Source: Terriglobia bacterium (lineage in GTDB: Bacteria > Acidobacteriota > Terriglobia > 20CM-2-55-15). From it: DNA of 64,000 bases. A model generated the notes under the pieces. That model made no database searches. It saw only the letters and a list, made by a program, of their open reading frames with translations, and was not told the origin of the DNA. This document shows, in pieces, positions 50,161 through 60,084 of the stretch (position 1 is the stretch's first letter; every line of letters begins with the position of its first letter). The position numbers and the translations under genes were made by a program. Location of the stretch: positions 64,001-128,000 of the forward strand of contig CAXWPJ010000004.1 in NCBI GenBank assembly GCA_963664115.2. The letters run 5' to 3'.

Positions 50161-51072
50161 TTAGCGGAGAGTGCGATAAATGTTCCGCATGAGAGTCCGC
50201 TGAGAAAAGGGCAGATAAGCCAAGCCGGCCACGGCCGCCAGCGACAGACCAAAGCCTATACGCAGCGCCGCCAGCAGGGGGGACGCGGCCCAGAGGCCAT
50301 CGAGGAAAAGTAAGACTGGAAAGAGCCGCCGAAATTGCAGGCCCGCCCCCGGATGTGACAGACCCACCGACGACACCAGGTACAAACGCACTGCGATGCC
50401 GCACATCGCAGTGACCATGATCAGCGACAGAATCGGGTCCGGCACCCTCACTCCGAAAGTACTGAAGACTTCGCCCAAGCGACCGATGTAGTACAGCGTC
50501 GAACAGTACAAGGCCAGGTAGCCGGCCTGGATCACAATGAACAGAACACGCGCGACGCCGGTAGACAGCAAGGCTCCTTCGGCTTCAACGAAGTCCATGG
50601 GCGCAGGAGGCCTGACAGTATTGTTGCTGGCTCCGTTGCTGGCAGCACTATTGCTGCCGGCTCTGGGCGAGCCCTCCTCAAGCTCGCTGATGTCTGGCTG
50701 AGCCGAATGACGGGCATCCGCCACGACGTCGATGGAAACAGGCTCGACCGATCCGATAAAGCGATAGCCTTTGCGGGGTAACGTTTCGACCAGGCGTGGA
50801 TGTTCGACATCATCGTCCAGAACCGCGCGGATCTTCTTGACCGCGGTGTTGATGGCATGATCGAACTCTACAAACTCGTCCTCTCCCCAAAGCGCTTCTT
50901 GAATTTCCGCCCGCGTGACCAGTTTGCCCGCGCGTTCGGCCAGAAGGACGAGCAGCCGTGCTGGCTGATCCTGTAAGCGCAGACGCTGTCCTTTTTTGCT
51001 GAGTTCACCTGTTTCAAGATCAAGTTCGAAAGAATCGAAGCGGAGATGTCTTGGCTGTTTATTCTGATCCAT
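50161..51072 (-). CDS. CadC/OmpR-type winged-helix regulator with C-terminal 4-TM domain
   Basis: RFDSFELD, LQDQP..LL..L, VTRAEIQEALW, FVEFDHAIN, VETLPRKGYRF; hydrophobic C-terminus. Confidence 0.9.
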   Translation of the reverse strand: MDQNKQPRHLRFDSFELDLETGELSKKGQRLRLQDQPARLLVLLAERAGKLVTRAEIQEALWGEDEFVEFDHAINTAVKKIRAVLDDDVEHPRLVETLPRKGYRFIGSVEPVSIDVVADARHSAQPDISELEEGSPRAGSNSAASNGASNNTVRPPAPMDFVEAEGALLSTGVARVLFIVIQAGYLALYCSTLYYIGRLGEVFSTFGVRVPDPILSLIMVTAMCGIAVRLYLVSSVGLSHPGAGLQFRRLFPVLLFLDGLWAASPLLAALRIGFGLSLAAVAGLAYLPFSQRTLMRNIYRTLR

Positions 51073-51151
51073 TCCGGTTCTTGCATGAAAGAGGTCGAAG
51101 AAGCGCCCTCTTTATAGCACACCGTTCTTCAGGCGACAGCAACCACTATTA

Positions 51152-51164
51152 AATCAATTAGTTA
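51152..51164 (+). promoter_or_regulatory. possible IHF site in divergent promoter
   Basis: AATCAATTAGTTA matches WATCAANNNNTTR. Confidence 0.35.
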
Positions 51165-51328
51165 GCTGTACATAAACGCTTCATAGGGGATCCACACACG
51201 GTCCACCAAGGATCGATCTCGGGTGCATTGAAGCTTCGGCTCCCCTGCCCCAGGATGGTCGCTGATTCGAGGCCGCCGAAGGGGCGGATTCCGAATCTGG
51301 AAGCGATTTAGCCCGAGGAGGTATTTTC

Positions 51329-52006
51329 ATGAGTCGTTCGAATTCAGCGTCGAGCCAGATGGAGCGCCAGCACGGAAGTCTGCTGGCGGACGTAGAAAAA
51401 CAATGCCTGGTGTGGCTGGCCAAACGCATGCCGCGGTGGGTTGGGCCGGACCACCTCACACTGCTCGCTTTGGCGTCGATGTTCATGGCCGGGTTGTCAT
51501 ACGCGGCAGCCCAATGGTGGTCACCAGCTCTCCTGGTGGTGAACGCCTGGCTCGTCGTGAACTGGTTCGGAGATAGCCTGGATGGGACACTCGCCCGGGT
51601 TCGAAGCCAGGAGCGGCCGCGCTACGGCTTCTATGTCGATCACATGGCCGACTCTTTCGGTGTCCTCTTCTTACTCGGAGGCCTGGCACTGTCGGGCTAT
51701 ATGACTCCAGCGCTTGCCGCAGCCCTTCTCATCATCCATCTGCTGCTCTCGATCAACCTGTACCTGGCGGCGTATTCCCTGGGCGTCTTTCAGCTTTCGT
51801 TCTGGATATTCGGCCCCACGGAACTGAGGATATTGCTCGGCGTGGGGAACGTCGTCGCCTGGGGTCGACCCACGGTGAGCGTCCTTGGTTTTGAACAACG
51901 CTTCTTTGATGCAGCGGGACTGGTTGCGGGTGCCGTTATGGCATTGGTACTGCTTGGCTCGGTCGCGCGCAACACCGTGGTGTTGTACCGAAGAGAGAGG
52001 GTGTGA
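51329..52006 (+). CDS. CDP-alcohol phosphatidyltransferase family protein
   Basis: PDHLT, GDSLDGTLAR...RPRYGFYVDH..D signature. Confidence 0.93.
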   Translation: MSRSNSASSQMERQHGSLLADVEKQCLVWLAKRMPRWVGPDHLTLLALASMFMAGLSYAAAQWWSPALLVVNAWLVVNWFGDSLDGTLARVRSQERPRYGFYVDHMADSFGVLFLLGGLALSGYMTPALAAALLIIHLLLSINLYLAAYSLGVFQLSFWIFGPTELRILLGVGNVVAWGRPTVSVLGFEQRFFDAAGLVAGAVMALVLLGSVARNTVVLYRRERV

Positions 52007-52452
52007 TGCGCTGGTTGAAGTTCAACGTTGTTGGCGCGATGGGTATGGCAATCCAGGTTGCCACGCTCGCTGGCGGCGTGCATCTACTCAACTTGCACTA
52101 CCTCCTGGCGACGTTTCTGTCGGTGGAAGCAGCACTGCTGCACAACTTCGTCTGGCATGTGAATTGGACCTGGCCGGCGCACACCGCCCAACTCCGATGG
52201 TCGACGGGTTCCATGCTGCGTTTCCAATTCATCACGGGGACCGTATCCATAGTCGGCAATATGGGACTCATGTGGGTTCTCGTAGCAAGCGTACAACTGG
52301 AGCCGGTCTTCGCCAACCTCGTGTGTATCGGGGCGTGTTCACTCGTGAACTTCGTCGTGTGCAACCGTATCGTATTTGCTTTTCCCGCTATTTCGGCCTC
52401 ACTGACAACACACGAAAATTCACGAACAAGATTCGACACAGGAGGGATCGTC
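52006..52452 (+). CDS. GtrA-family membrane protein (no stop; reads in frame into next gene)
   Basis: KFNVVG, HYLLA, HNFVWH..WTW, RF, AN...NF motifs; TGATG overlap with the upstream gene. Confidence 0.8.
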
Positions 52453-53340
52453 ATGTCTCGCTTTCCTAGAGGATCGAAGCGCTTATGTATCTGCATCAGT
52501 CTGTGTGCGTCCGCCATCGTTGGACTTTTGACGCCGCTTCAGGCGCAGGGATTGAGGGCTGACACTATCCAGGCTTGGAACGAATATGTCCTTCTGACTG
52601 AAGCTCGGATCGGGGAAGAACTCCGTTCAGGAGAAGGTTTCCTGGTGCAGGAGTTTCAGTCACCCACCGAGGCTCGGGCGGATCGCGAAGTCGTTCTCTC
52701 AGGCCAGCTCCTGGTTCGGAAAATGAGCACAACGCCCCCGGACGGGACAGACATCGCGATTCCAGGCGGCATGATCCACCACTGGAGAGGTGTCGTATTC
52801 ATACCAGCAGTCACGCTCGACGACGTTCTCGCAGTGGTCCAAAACCCCGATGCCCAACCTCATGAACAAGAAGACGTCCTCGAGTCGAGAGTCCTCGGTC
52901 GAGATGGAGATTCCCTCCGCATCTTCCTCAAACTGGTGCGCTCGAAGTTCATCACCGTGACCTACAACACCGAACACCGTGTCGATTACCGCAGGCATGG
53001 CACAGGATAGGCTTCGAGTCGCACCATCGCGACCAAAATTGCCGAACTTAGCTCGGCCGGAATACCAAACGAGCGAGAGAAACCGCCCGGCAGTGATCGC
53101 GGATTCCTGTGGCGGCTGAACTCGTACTGGCGCTACCAAGAGGCGGACGGTGGCGTACTGGTCGAGTGCGAATCGTTGACATTGAGCCGTTCGATTCCTA
53201 CTTTCATTACGCTGTTCGTTCGTCCCCTGATTGAGCGCGTGGCAAGAGAGTCGATGAATCGGACGCTTCGCTCGATGAGGGAGCGATTTGGCGATTCTCA
53301 TTTGCCAACTTCCAATCCGGTGACACACATCAGCGACTGA
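52453..53340 (+). pseudogene. secreted hypothetical (START/SRPBCC-like fold suspected) with in-frame TAG at 53008-53010
   Basis: GMIHHWRG..FIP, VTYNTEH, then after the TAG: SRTIATKIAE...GFLWRLNSYWRY...VECESLTLSR...ARESM; frame open to TGA 53340. Confidence 0.75.
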
Positions 53341-53422
53341 AGCGCCGCAGGGGACCAAAAACAACGGCCACAGGCAAGTTTTCAAAAGTAAAGCCTTCAA
53401 CCTTGAAGGAAGGAGAGACCCA

Positions 53423-54013
53423 ATGATCGAACTGACCGACAAAAGCATATTGTCACAATCGCTGACTTGCCAAAGGTTGTTCCAGAACAGCGGACCGATG
53501 GCGAGTTTCGCCCGTGTTGCCATCATGGCCTTCGTCTCGATACTTCTCTGGCCGCCCTCTGATGCCTCTGCTCAAGAACGACCTGCCCTCGCTTTGGAGA
53601 CCTCCCTGGGATGGGCAGGGTTTGTCGACAACAGCACCAAACACCATGGAGTACTCGGTGGTGGAGCAAGGTTCTACCTGACGCCGCGGCTGGCCGTAGG
53701 GCCTGAAGTTGTTTACATGGCGGGACCCGGAGACATCCGCATCTTCATGCTTACCGGGAACCTGAGTTTCGACCTGCTGCCCACCAGCGCTAATGGACCG
53801 CCTCGCCTGAATCCGTATCTGGTCGCCGGCGGTGGTCTGTTCCAACACAGGGACGAGTTTCCTCGGGGAACCTTCACCTCAAACGAAGGCGCGTTCACCG
53901 CGGGAGGGGGAATGCGTGTCTTCCTGACCGACAGGGTTTACATCGCACCGGAATTGAGGGTCGGCTGGGAACTCCACCTCCGAACGACTGTCGCAATCGG
54001 GTTTCAATTTTGA
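53423..54013 (+). CDS. outer-membrane beta-barrel protein (OmpA/OmpW-like)
   Basis: Signal peptide, PYLVAGGG, AGGGMRVFL, terminal GFQF. Confidence 0.8.
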   Translation: MIELTDKSILSQSLTCQRLFQNSGPMASFARVAIMAFVSILLWPPSDASAQERPALALETSLGWAGFVDNSTKHHGVLGGGARFYLTPRLAVGPEVVYMAGPGDIRIFMLTGNLSFDLLPTSANGPPRLNPYLVAGGGLFQHRDEFPRGTFTSNEGAFTAGGGMRVFLTDRVYIAPELRVGWELHLRTTVAIGFQF

Positions 54014-54171
54014 AAACAGAGACTCAGTTCTTATGTGAACAGTGCCCCCGGGGGGTGCTCGAAAGAAATGTTCCGGCACGTCGACTGCCTGAACATTGGA
54101 CATGCGATTGTGTCATTGAAGATCAGGGATTACGTTCAAGTGGGGCCTGACCGTCCCATGGGAGTTTAGCG

Positions 54172-55236
54172 ATGAGAATCTCAATTACGATGAGGACGAT
54201 CGTCAGTTTATTCGGTATCGGTTTTCGCCTCCTGACCCTAGCCGCAGTCATAGTGGTATCCGCAGGAAACGTGCATGCCGCTCAGGAGACACCCAGGCCT
54301 ATACCCATTGCTGTAGGGCAGTACATTCTCGCCAGTGCAAACTCACAAGCTCTTCCGGCTGTCGTCTCAGAGAACGGATCCCGGCGGCAAGAAGTCATAG
54401 GGGGATCGGTAATACTTGAGGCGGACGGCACTTTTACGTGGCGGACTCTGTACCGCAACATCGGAGGCGGTGGCTTCGAAAATAGTGAAAGCTCGGGTGG
54501 CGGAAACTATCTACAGGAGGGGACACGCATAATCTTCATGTCTGAGGTGGATACGCCCCTTTTCGAAGGCGCTCTGGAAGGCAATACACTGACGATTCCG
54601 GTGGACGTACCCATGGTTTACCGGAAGATTTTCCGTCAGAGCGCGGTATCTCGGGGTATCAACCAAGCAATTACAGAGCCCCGTGGGTCCGGCCTGGTGC
54701 CACCGCCACCGCCCCCGCCGTCGACAATAGGTGTTTTCACCTCCGGCTTGACACTGGCTCTTGGCGATGTGCCCGTATCCTTTGAGGAACTGTGCGACTC
54801 TTCGGAACTGATCGTCGAGGCTCATGTGCAGTCGCTTCTCGCTCCAACCGAGAATCTCAGATATCTCGAAACAGATGCGATATTGTCCCTCGACCGGTTG
54901 CTTAAGGGACCCGAATCGATCCGACAGGTCGTGATCTCTCAAAAAGGAGGAGTGCTCCCTCAGTTCATACAATTGCCGTATCAGTACGACCTGATGCAAC
55001 CCGGGGAGCACTACATCCTTTTTCTTACCGAAGAGAGGGAAACCCATCTCCCCGATGTGCCTGGCATCCCTCGCTACGCCCTCAACGGCTCCTGGACAGG
55101 AATGGTCCAAATCGATGAAAGTGGCGTCCACATGAGCTTCGACACCGCTGAGACCATCCGTGAACAGTTTGACGGCGGGAGTTCACAGGAGTTGGTCGCC
55201 GCAATTCAACGGTGTTCGCAGACACCCCTACGCTGA
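54172..55236 (+). CDS. secreted two-domain hypothetical protein with poly-Pro linker
   Basis: Signal peptide, beta-rich N-domain, PPPPPPP, C-domain L...SELIV...G..YILFL. Confidence 0.7.
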   Translation: MRISITMRTIVSLFGIGFRLLTLAAVIVVSAGNVHAAQETPRPIPIAVGQYILASANSQALPAVVSENGSRRQEVIGGSVILEADGTFTWRTLYRNIGGGGFENSESSGGGNYLQEGTRIIFMSEVDTPLFEGALEGNTLTIPVDVPMVYRKIFRQSAVSRGINQAITEPRGSGLVPPPPPPPSTIGVFTSGLTLALGDVPVSFEELCDSSELIVEAHVQSLLAPTENLRYLETDAILSLDRLLKGPESIRQVVISQKGGVLPQFIQLPYQYDLMQPGEHYILFLTEERETHLPDVPGIPRYALNGSWTGMVQIDESGVHMSFDTAETIREQFDGGSSQELVAAIQRCSQTPLR

Positions 55237-55488
55237 GACGACCCGTGACGATTGTTCGCAACATTTGACGCGATCCGCACCGGGCGATCGCCGGCCTGAA
55301 CTCGTTTAAAGAACGAACAGAACGCATACTGGTAATCTAAGCGTGACCGTTTCGCGGCCACTACAGCCCAGAGTGAATCTCAACTTTCAGGAATGCCCCG
55401 CGCTCCGGGCATCGACATTCAGTTTGGTCTCAAGCCTATCCTGTGATTAGATTCAGCTTCGGGAAAAGGCACGACAACAGGAGGATTT

Positions 55489-57021
55489 ATGCGCGTTTGG
55501 ATACTGCTCGTCATTTTTGTCTCACTGACTTTCGCCCCCGCGGGTGCGATGCCTCTACAGATCACGAATCCGATCCCAGATCCGGTTGAAAAACGTGGCC
55601 TCATGGTCGAGATCAGGGATGTCGTGCGCCTACCGGAGTCGCGCGGGATGCGTCCCCCCGAACAGGACGTGAATCCTGCGGGATGGGCGCGCGTTAGTTT
55701 CGTCCGTGACCTTCCGGACGGCCGCCGCTTCGTCAACGATTCTCGTGGATTTCTGTACCTCCTTGATCGCGAAGACCAACCCGACATCTACGCGAACGTC
55801 GGCGAAGTCTTTCCCTTTACCGACTACAGTAGGCTGGAGAGTGGCTTTATCGGATTCGCCTTCCATCCGGAATTCGCGCGGAACGGATTGTTTTACACCG
55901 TCCACGGCGAGCGCGCGATGGGCAATCCCGCCACGGCAGATTTCATCCCGCCAGGTTTTACAACATCCGATGTGACCCGCTACAACGTGATCACGGAGTG
56001 GCGCGCGACGAACCCGGCATCCAACACCTTCGAGGGCGCCCGGCGTGAACTGCTCCGTGTGGCTCACGTAGTCGACAGCCTCACCCACCCCTTCGGCTAT
56101 GTGGGGTTCAATCCGACATCAATGCCCGGCGACGCGGATTACGCCTTGCTCTACACAAGCGGTAGCGATCTGGGATTCAGTAACGGCGCCGGGCCAAACG
56201 CGAACAATCCCAGCCAGGTGCAGCGCCTGGATACGGTAGTCGGCGCCATTTTGCGGATCGATCCGCGCAGTCCCACCGTATCGGGCGGAATGAAAGGACT
56301 TGGCGATTACACGATTCCGTCAATTAACACGTTCGCTGCGGACGACGATCCGAACACGCTGGGCGAGATTTACGCCTATGGATTCCGGAACGCCCACCGG
56401 CTTTCGTGGGATCTCACCGATGGAACGATGTTCGCGTCGGACATCGGAATGAACCACATCGAGGAAATCAACATCGTCCGCGAAGGCGAGAACTATGGCT
56501 GGATGCGGCGGGAGGGCTACTTCGAGAACGGCGTCACCCGACCCGGCGGAGCGCTCAATCAGTTGTTCTCTCTACCCGAGGAAGTTCATAACGGTCAAAG
56601 AGAGGACGAATTCACCTATCCGGTGGCAATCTACGACCACAGCGACGGCCGGGCCGTGTCGGGTGGGTTCGCTTACTACGGTGTCATCGAGGCACTGCGG
56701 GGCAAGTTCGTGTTTGGCGATCTCCAACGAGGCCGTCTCTTCGCGGCCGATCTTGCTGCGATGAAGGCGGCTGATGACGGCATTCCAGGGACCGTAGCCC
56801 CGGTCGAGGAGATCCAGCTCTATTCGCGTAATTCGAACGGCGACCGGATCTACGTGACGTTCCGGGATCTGGTTGAAGCAAGGAATGGCGCCTCCGCCAC
56901 ACGCGCCGACCTGCACATCAGCCGTAGCCGCGATGGCGAGCTCTTTCTCACATCAAGGCAGGACGGGATGATCCGCATGCTCGTTCCGGATTCTGGTGAA
57001 ACATCGCCGGGTGTGCGTTAG
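55489..57021 (+). CDS. PQQ-dependent sugar dehydrogenase (GSDH-type)
   Basis: AFHPEF..NGLFY, GAILRID, EIYAYGFRN..R, D.G....EEIN....G.NYGW. Confidence 0.9.
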   Translation: MRVWILLVIFVSLTFAPAGAMPLQITNPIPDPVEKRGLMVEIRDVVRLPESRGMRPPEQDVNPAGWARVSFVRDLPDGRRFVNDSRGFLYLLDREDQPDIYANVGEVFPFTDYSRLESGFIGFAFHPEFARNGLFYTVHGERAMGNPATADFIPPGFTTSDVTRYNVITEWRATNPASNTFEGARRELLRVAHVVDSLTHPFGYVGFNPTSMPGDADYALLYTSGSDLGFSNGAGPNANNPSQVQRLDTVVGAILRIDPRSPTVSGGMKGLGDYTIPSINTFAADDDPNTLGEIYAYGFRNAHRLSWDLTDGTMFASDIGMNHIEEINIVREGENYGWMRREGYFENGVTRPGGALNQLFSLPEEVHNGQREDEFTYPVAIYDHSDGRAVSGGFAYYGVIEALRGKFVFGDLQRGRLFAADLAAMKAADDGIPGTVAPVEEIQLYSRNSNGDRIYVTFRDLVEARNGASATRADLHISRSRDGELFLTSRQDGMIRMLVPDSGETSPGVR

Positions 57022-57146
57022 GTACGTTTCGTTTTGGGATCTCAGATCAGGGAGGACCGATTCGGCGGACACTCTGATTTCGTTGTCACAGGCGGGTCGG
57101 CCGGCGCAGAAACTGTAGTTGAGAAAGAAATAACAAGGAGTCTCCA

Positions 57147-57788
57147 ATGAAGAACTTTCAAATGGTTGTTGCCGCAGTCCTGCTCCTGGTGTTGGTCAAT
57201 TCACCGGGGCTTGCGCAAGACACGAGCATGAGCTTTTTTGTGACGAGCGTAGGCTCGGGCGATGGAGGAAATCTCGGCGGCCTCATCGGTGCCGATGCTC
57301 ACTGCCAGCAACTAGCCGCGGCCGTGGGCGCCGGGAACAAGACCTGGGTCGCCTACCTGAGCCAGAGTCAGAGGGCCGTGACGATAAACGCTCGCGATCG
57401 CATCGGAAATGGGCCGTGGTACAGCCCCACAGGTATCAAAGTTGCCGACAACATCGAGGATTTGCACTCCGACAGCTCCAACGTCACGGGGCGCACATCC
57501 TTGACCGAGCGAGGCGAGGAAGTTTCCAACCACGACATACTGACCGGCTCGCAGCCCGACGGGACAGCGTTTCCCTTTCCCATGATGGACATGCTGGACT
57601 TCGACGATCACACGATGACTTGTGGAAACTGGGCCAGCAACGACAGCGATCACTGGGCCATGATCGGACATAGTGACCGTGATGGCAGCGTCGGTTTTTC
57701 GTCCTGGAACGGGGCGCATCCGATCCGGAGCTGCAATCAAGCTGACGGCGGCACCGGTTTCCTGTTTTACTGCTTCGCCATTGATTAA
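57147..57788 (+). CDS. secreted lectin-like protein (endostatin/C-type-lectin-like fold)
   Basis: SFFVTS..G..NLGGL.GAD.HCQ.LA, W.AYLS, ARDRIG.GPW, HDILTGS, TC.NW, FYCFA. Confidence 0.8.
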   Translation: MKNFQMVVAAVLLLVLVNSPGLAQDTSMSFFVTSVGSGDGGNLGGLIGADAHCQQLAAAVGAGNKTWVAYLSQSQRAVTINARDRIGNGPWYSPTGIKVADNIEDLHSDSSNVTGRTSLTERGEEVSNHDILTGSQPDGTAFPFPMMDMLDFDDHTMTCGNWASNDSDHWAMIGHSDRDGSVGFSSWNGAHPIRSCNQADGGTGFLFYCFAID

Positions 57789-57817
57789 AACGGCGTCGCG
57801 CCAAACGTCGTAACGAC

Positions 57818-57845
57818 CGAAGGCCGCGCTTACGCGCGGCCTTCG
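57818..57845. terminator. bidirectional terminator-like hairpin
   Basis: CGAAGGCCGCGC-TTAC-GCGCGGCCTTCG between convergent genes. Confidence 0.65.
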
Positions 57846-57884
57846 CCGACTCTTTGCCCGCTCTATGGAGAACCACTCCTCAGC

Positions 57885-58967
57885 CTAATTTCTCCAAGCC
57901 AGTTGAGCTTCATAACACTCGAGGAGGACTGTAAAATATCGGCTGACCGCATCGCGGCTGACGAAAGGGTGCGGTTCGCCTTCCCGTCGAGTGGCTTCGA
58001 GCACGCCATTGGATTGATCGGGATTCATGAGTCTCCAGGTACGCATCTTTTCCCTCAAATTGCCGTGCCTTAAGGTCTGAGTGAGGATTGTGTCGACCCC
58101 GGCCTCAGCCACGATGTCCCTGAAACGCCGTGCCGATTCGACCCAGGTGTTCATCATCGTCACGCTGTCGGGAAAATACTCGACTCCCTGCCGGCCGATC
58201 GAGATGTCGGTACCGCCCCAGAAAGCAGCCACGTGCCGCTCCTCGTCCGATTTGACCGTGTACCTGTTCCAGAGTGGCTCAATAATCATTGAGAGCGTCC
58301 CCGGCGTATGCCCCGGAGTGACATAGAACGTTATCGTGACTTCACCGAGCGTCAACTGCTCACCGTCGGTCACGACCATGTCTTTTGTGGGCTTGAGTTC
58401 AGTGGGATTGTTATCCCGCGCCACGACATCCCAATCCGCTTCCGACATCACTACTCGTGCTGACGGATAGGCTTCCTGGAGAGCTCTCGCCCCGAAATAG
58501 CGATCGTCATGGGCGTGCGAAACGACGATGTAACGGATGTTTTCGGGATCGATACCAAACTTCAGCAGACCCCAAACCATCTCTTCGCTGTTGTAGTGGA
58601 AGCCCGTGTCGATAATGATGATCCCTTCGGCTGTGTTGACGGCATAAACTCCATGGGTCTGCGTGCCAATGAAATACAGATTGTCGAACAAGTCCGTGGG
58701 CGGAATATACCAGTCGTCGCGCTCCCGAGTGGCGGTTCGGTCCTGCTGCCGCATCTGATCCGGCAACGTGGGTTCCGCGCACATCTGGTCGAACAAGCGG
58801 TCGAAAGTGTGATACGGCTGCAGGGGATTTTCGACGCTGGGTCGAATCGCAGCCCTCGCTGCCGCCACATGTGACCCGACGTCAGCGTCCTGTCCGTTCG
58901 CGTCAGTCACCATCCCAGTCACACAAAGCAACACGCCGCACAATGCTGGCACCAGATAGCCTCTCAT
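57885..58967 (-). CDS. secreted MBL-fold protein (B3-like scaffold, variant motif)
   Basis: FDNLYFIG, IIDTG, SHAHDDRY, TPGHTPG. Confidence 0.85.
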   Translation of the reverse strand: MRGYLVPALCGVLLCVTGMVTDANGQDADVGSHVAAARAAIRPSVENPLQPYHTFDRLFDQMCAEPTLPDQMRQQDRTATRERDDWYIPPTDLFDNLYFIGTQTHGVYAVNTAEGIIIIDTGFHYNSEEMVWGLLKFGIDPENIRYIVVSHAHDDRYFGARALQEAYPSARVVMSEADWDVVARDNNPTELKPTKDMVVTDGEQLTLGEVTITFYVTPGHTPGTLSMIIEPLWNRYTVKSDEERHVAAFWGGTDISIGRQGVEYFPDSVTMMNTWVESARRFRDIVAEAGVDTILTQTLRHGNLREKMRTWRLMNPDQSNGVLEATRREGEPHPFVSRDAVSRYFTVLLECYEAQLAWRN

Positions 58968-59003
58968 GGCCGTCTCCTTGTCGTTTGAATTTCATTGTTG
59001 ACG

Positions 59004-59867
59004 TCAATCTGCTCCATACTTTGCTCCCGGATAGGCGAAGTACACCTCATTTCTGGAAGCCTCCGGATCGCAGTTTTCCCATGCGGGCTCGATCCCCCCC
59101 GGACTTCTATAGAGGGAGAAGGCGTACTTGAACGGCCGCGTCAGGAACGTCGGGTCTTCCAGGGTGATGATGAGCCTCAAGATGTTTTCATCGACGATCT
59201 GATAGCGCTCGGTCACTTTCTTCCGTACCGATGTCGCCATATGAAGGTGATCGTCCATGCCATCGGGATCGAAAGTAAAATTGGTGGATTCGACAATCAG
59301 GTCGTCTCCGTCCCACCAACCGATCGAATGCCCATTCTGAAACAAGAATCGGGCCTGCGGATGCCCGCGTCCGTCCATCCATATTTCCCGGGTGATCAGG
59401 CCCACTGCATTGTCCGAATACTGGAATATCAGATGGTCCGGAAACGACCAAATATAGACCCCCGCGCCGAATATCGTCGGAATGGTCGGAAGGGCACACT
59501 CGGCCAGTGTCGGCGACATACGGTGGTCAGCGAACTCAAGCCAGGCCTCCGCCCTGCTGTTCAACGGAAGCTGGTCGGTCGGAATCGAGCAATTCAGCAG
59601 TTTTTCACCGTAGTCTCCCAGACGGCCGCCGCAGTTGCCACGTTCCTCGTCATCGGGATTTCTGATCCGCGTATCCCAGTTCCCAATAAGGGTAAAGGAC
59701 TTATCAAATTGCTCAAAGCTTTGTGCGGCCAGACCTGGCGGCACGAACATCAGCATCCATAGCAGGAAGCTCCCGAGTAGAAAGCTCCCAAGCAGAAAGC
59801 TCCCGACGGAACGCCCGTTCCAGCCTCGCTTCCGACAAGTCACTCTTTTTCCAAAAATACGTGTCAT
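59004..59867 (-). CDS. DUF6152-partner family protein, orphan copy B4
   Basis: NCGGRLGDYGEKL.NCS, REIWMDGRGHP, GHSIGWWDG; AGGAGA RBS. Confidence 0.8.
   Translation of the reverse strand: MTRIFGKRVTCRKRGWNGRSVGSFLLGSFLLGSFLLWMLMFVPPGLAAQSFEQFDKSFTLIGNWDTRIRNPDDEERGNCGGRLGDYGEKLLNCSIPTDQLPLNSRAEAWLEFADHRMSPTLAECALPTIPTIFGAGVYIWSFPDHLIFQYSDNAVGLITREIWMDGRGHPQARFLFQNGHSIGWWDGDDLIVESTNFTFDPDGMDDHLHMATSVRKKVTERYQIVDENILRLIITLEDPTFLTRPFKYAFSLYRSPGGIEPAWENCDPEASRNEVYFAYPGAKYGAD
59761..59805 (-). repeat. 3 x 15-bp tandem repeat encoding (GSFLL)3 in a signal peptide
   Basis: agcaggaagctcccg / agtagaaagctccca / agcagaaagctcccg. Confidence 0.8.
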
Positions 59868-60084
59868 TTGATATCTCCTGGCATAGCTCGTTGAATCAGG
59901 TGGAGTCCCTTTGAGACCTTCGCGGACCCAAATTGCTCTGGTCGAAACAACGGACAATATCACGCACGATACACCCGACAGGGCCGCAAGGTAAATCCCC
60001 TTCGCGGTCGCTGCGATTTCCTTAACCCGTCATCCATCCGTTTTGCTAGACTCCCCAGATATCCAAAACGTGAAGGAGCACGCA

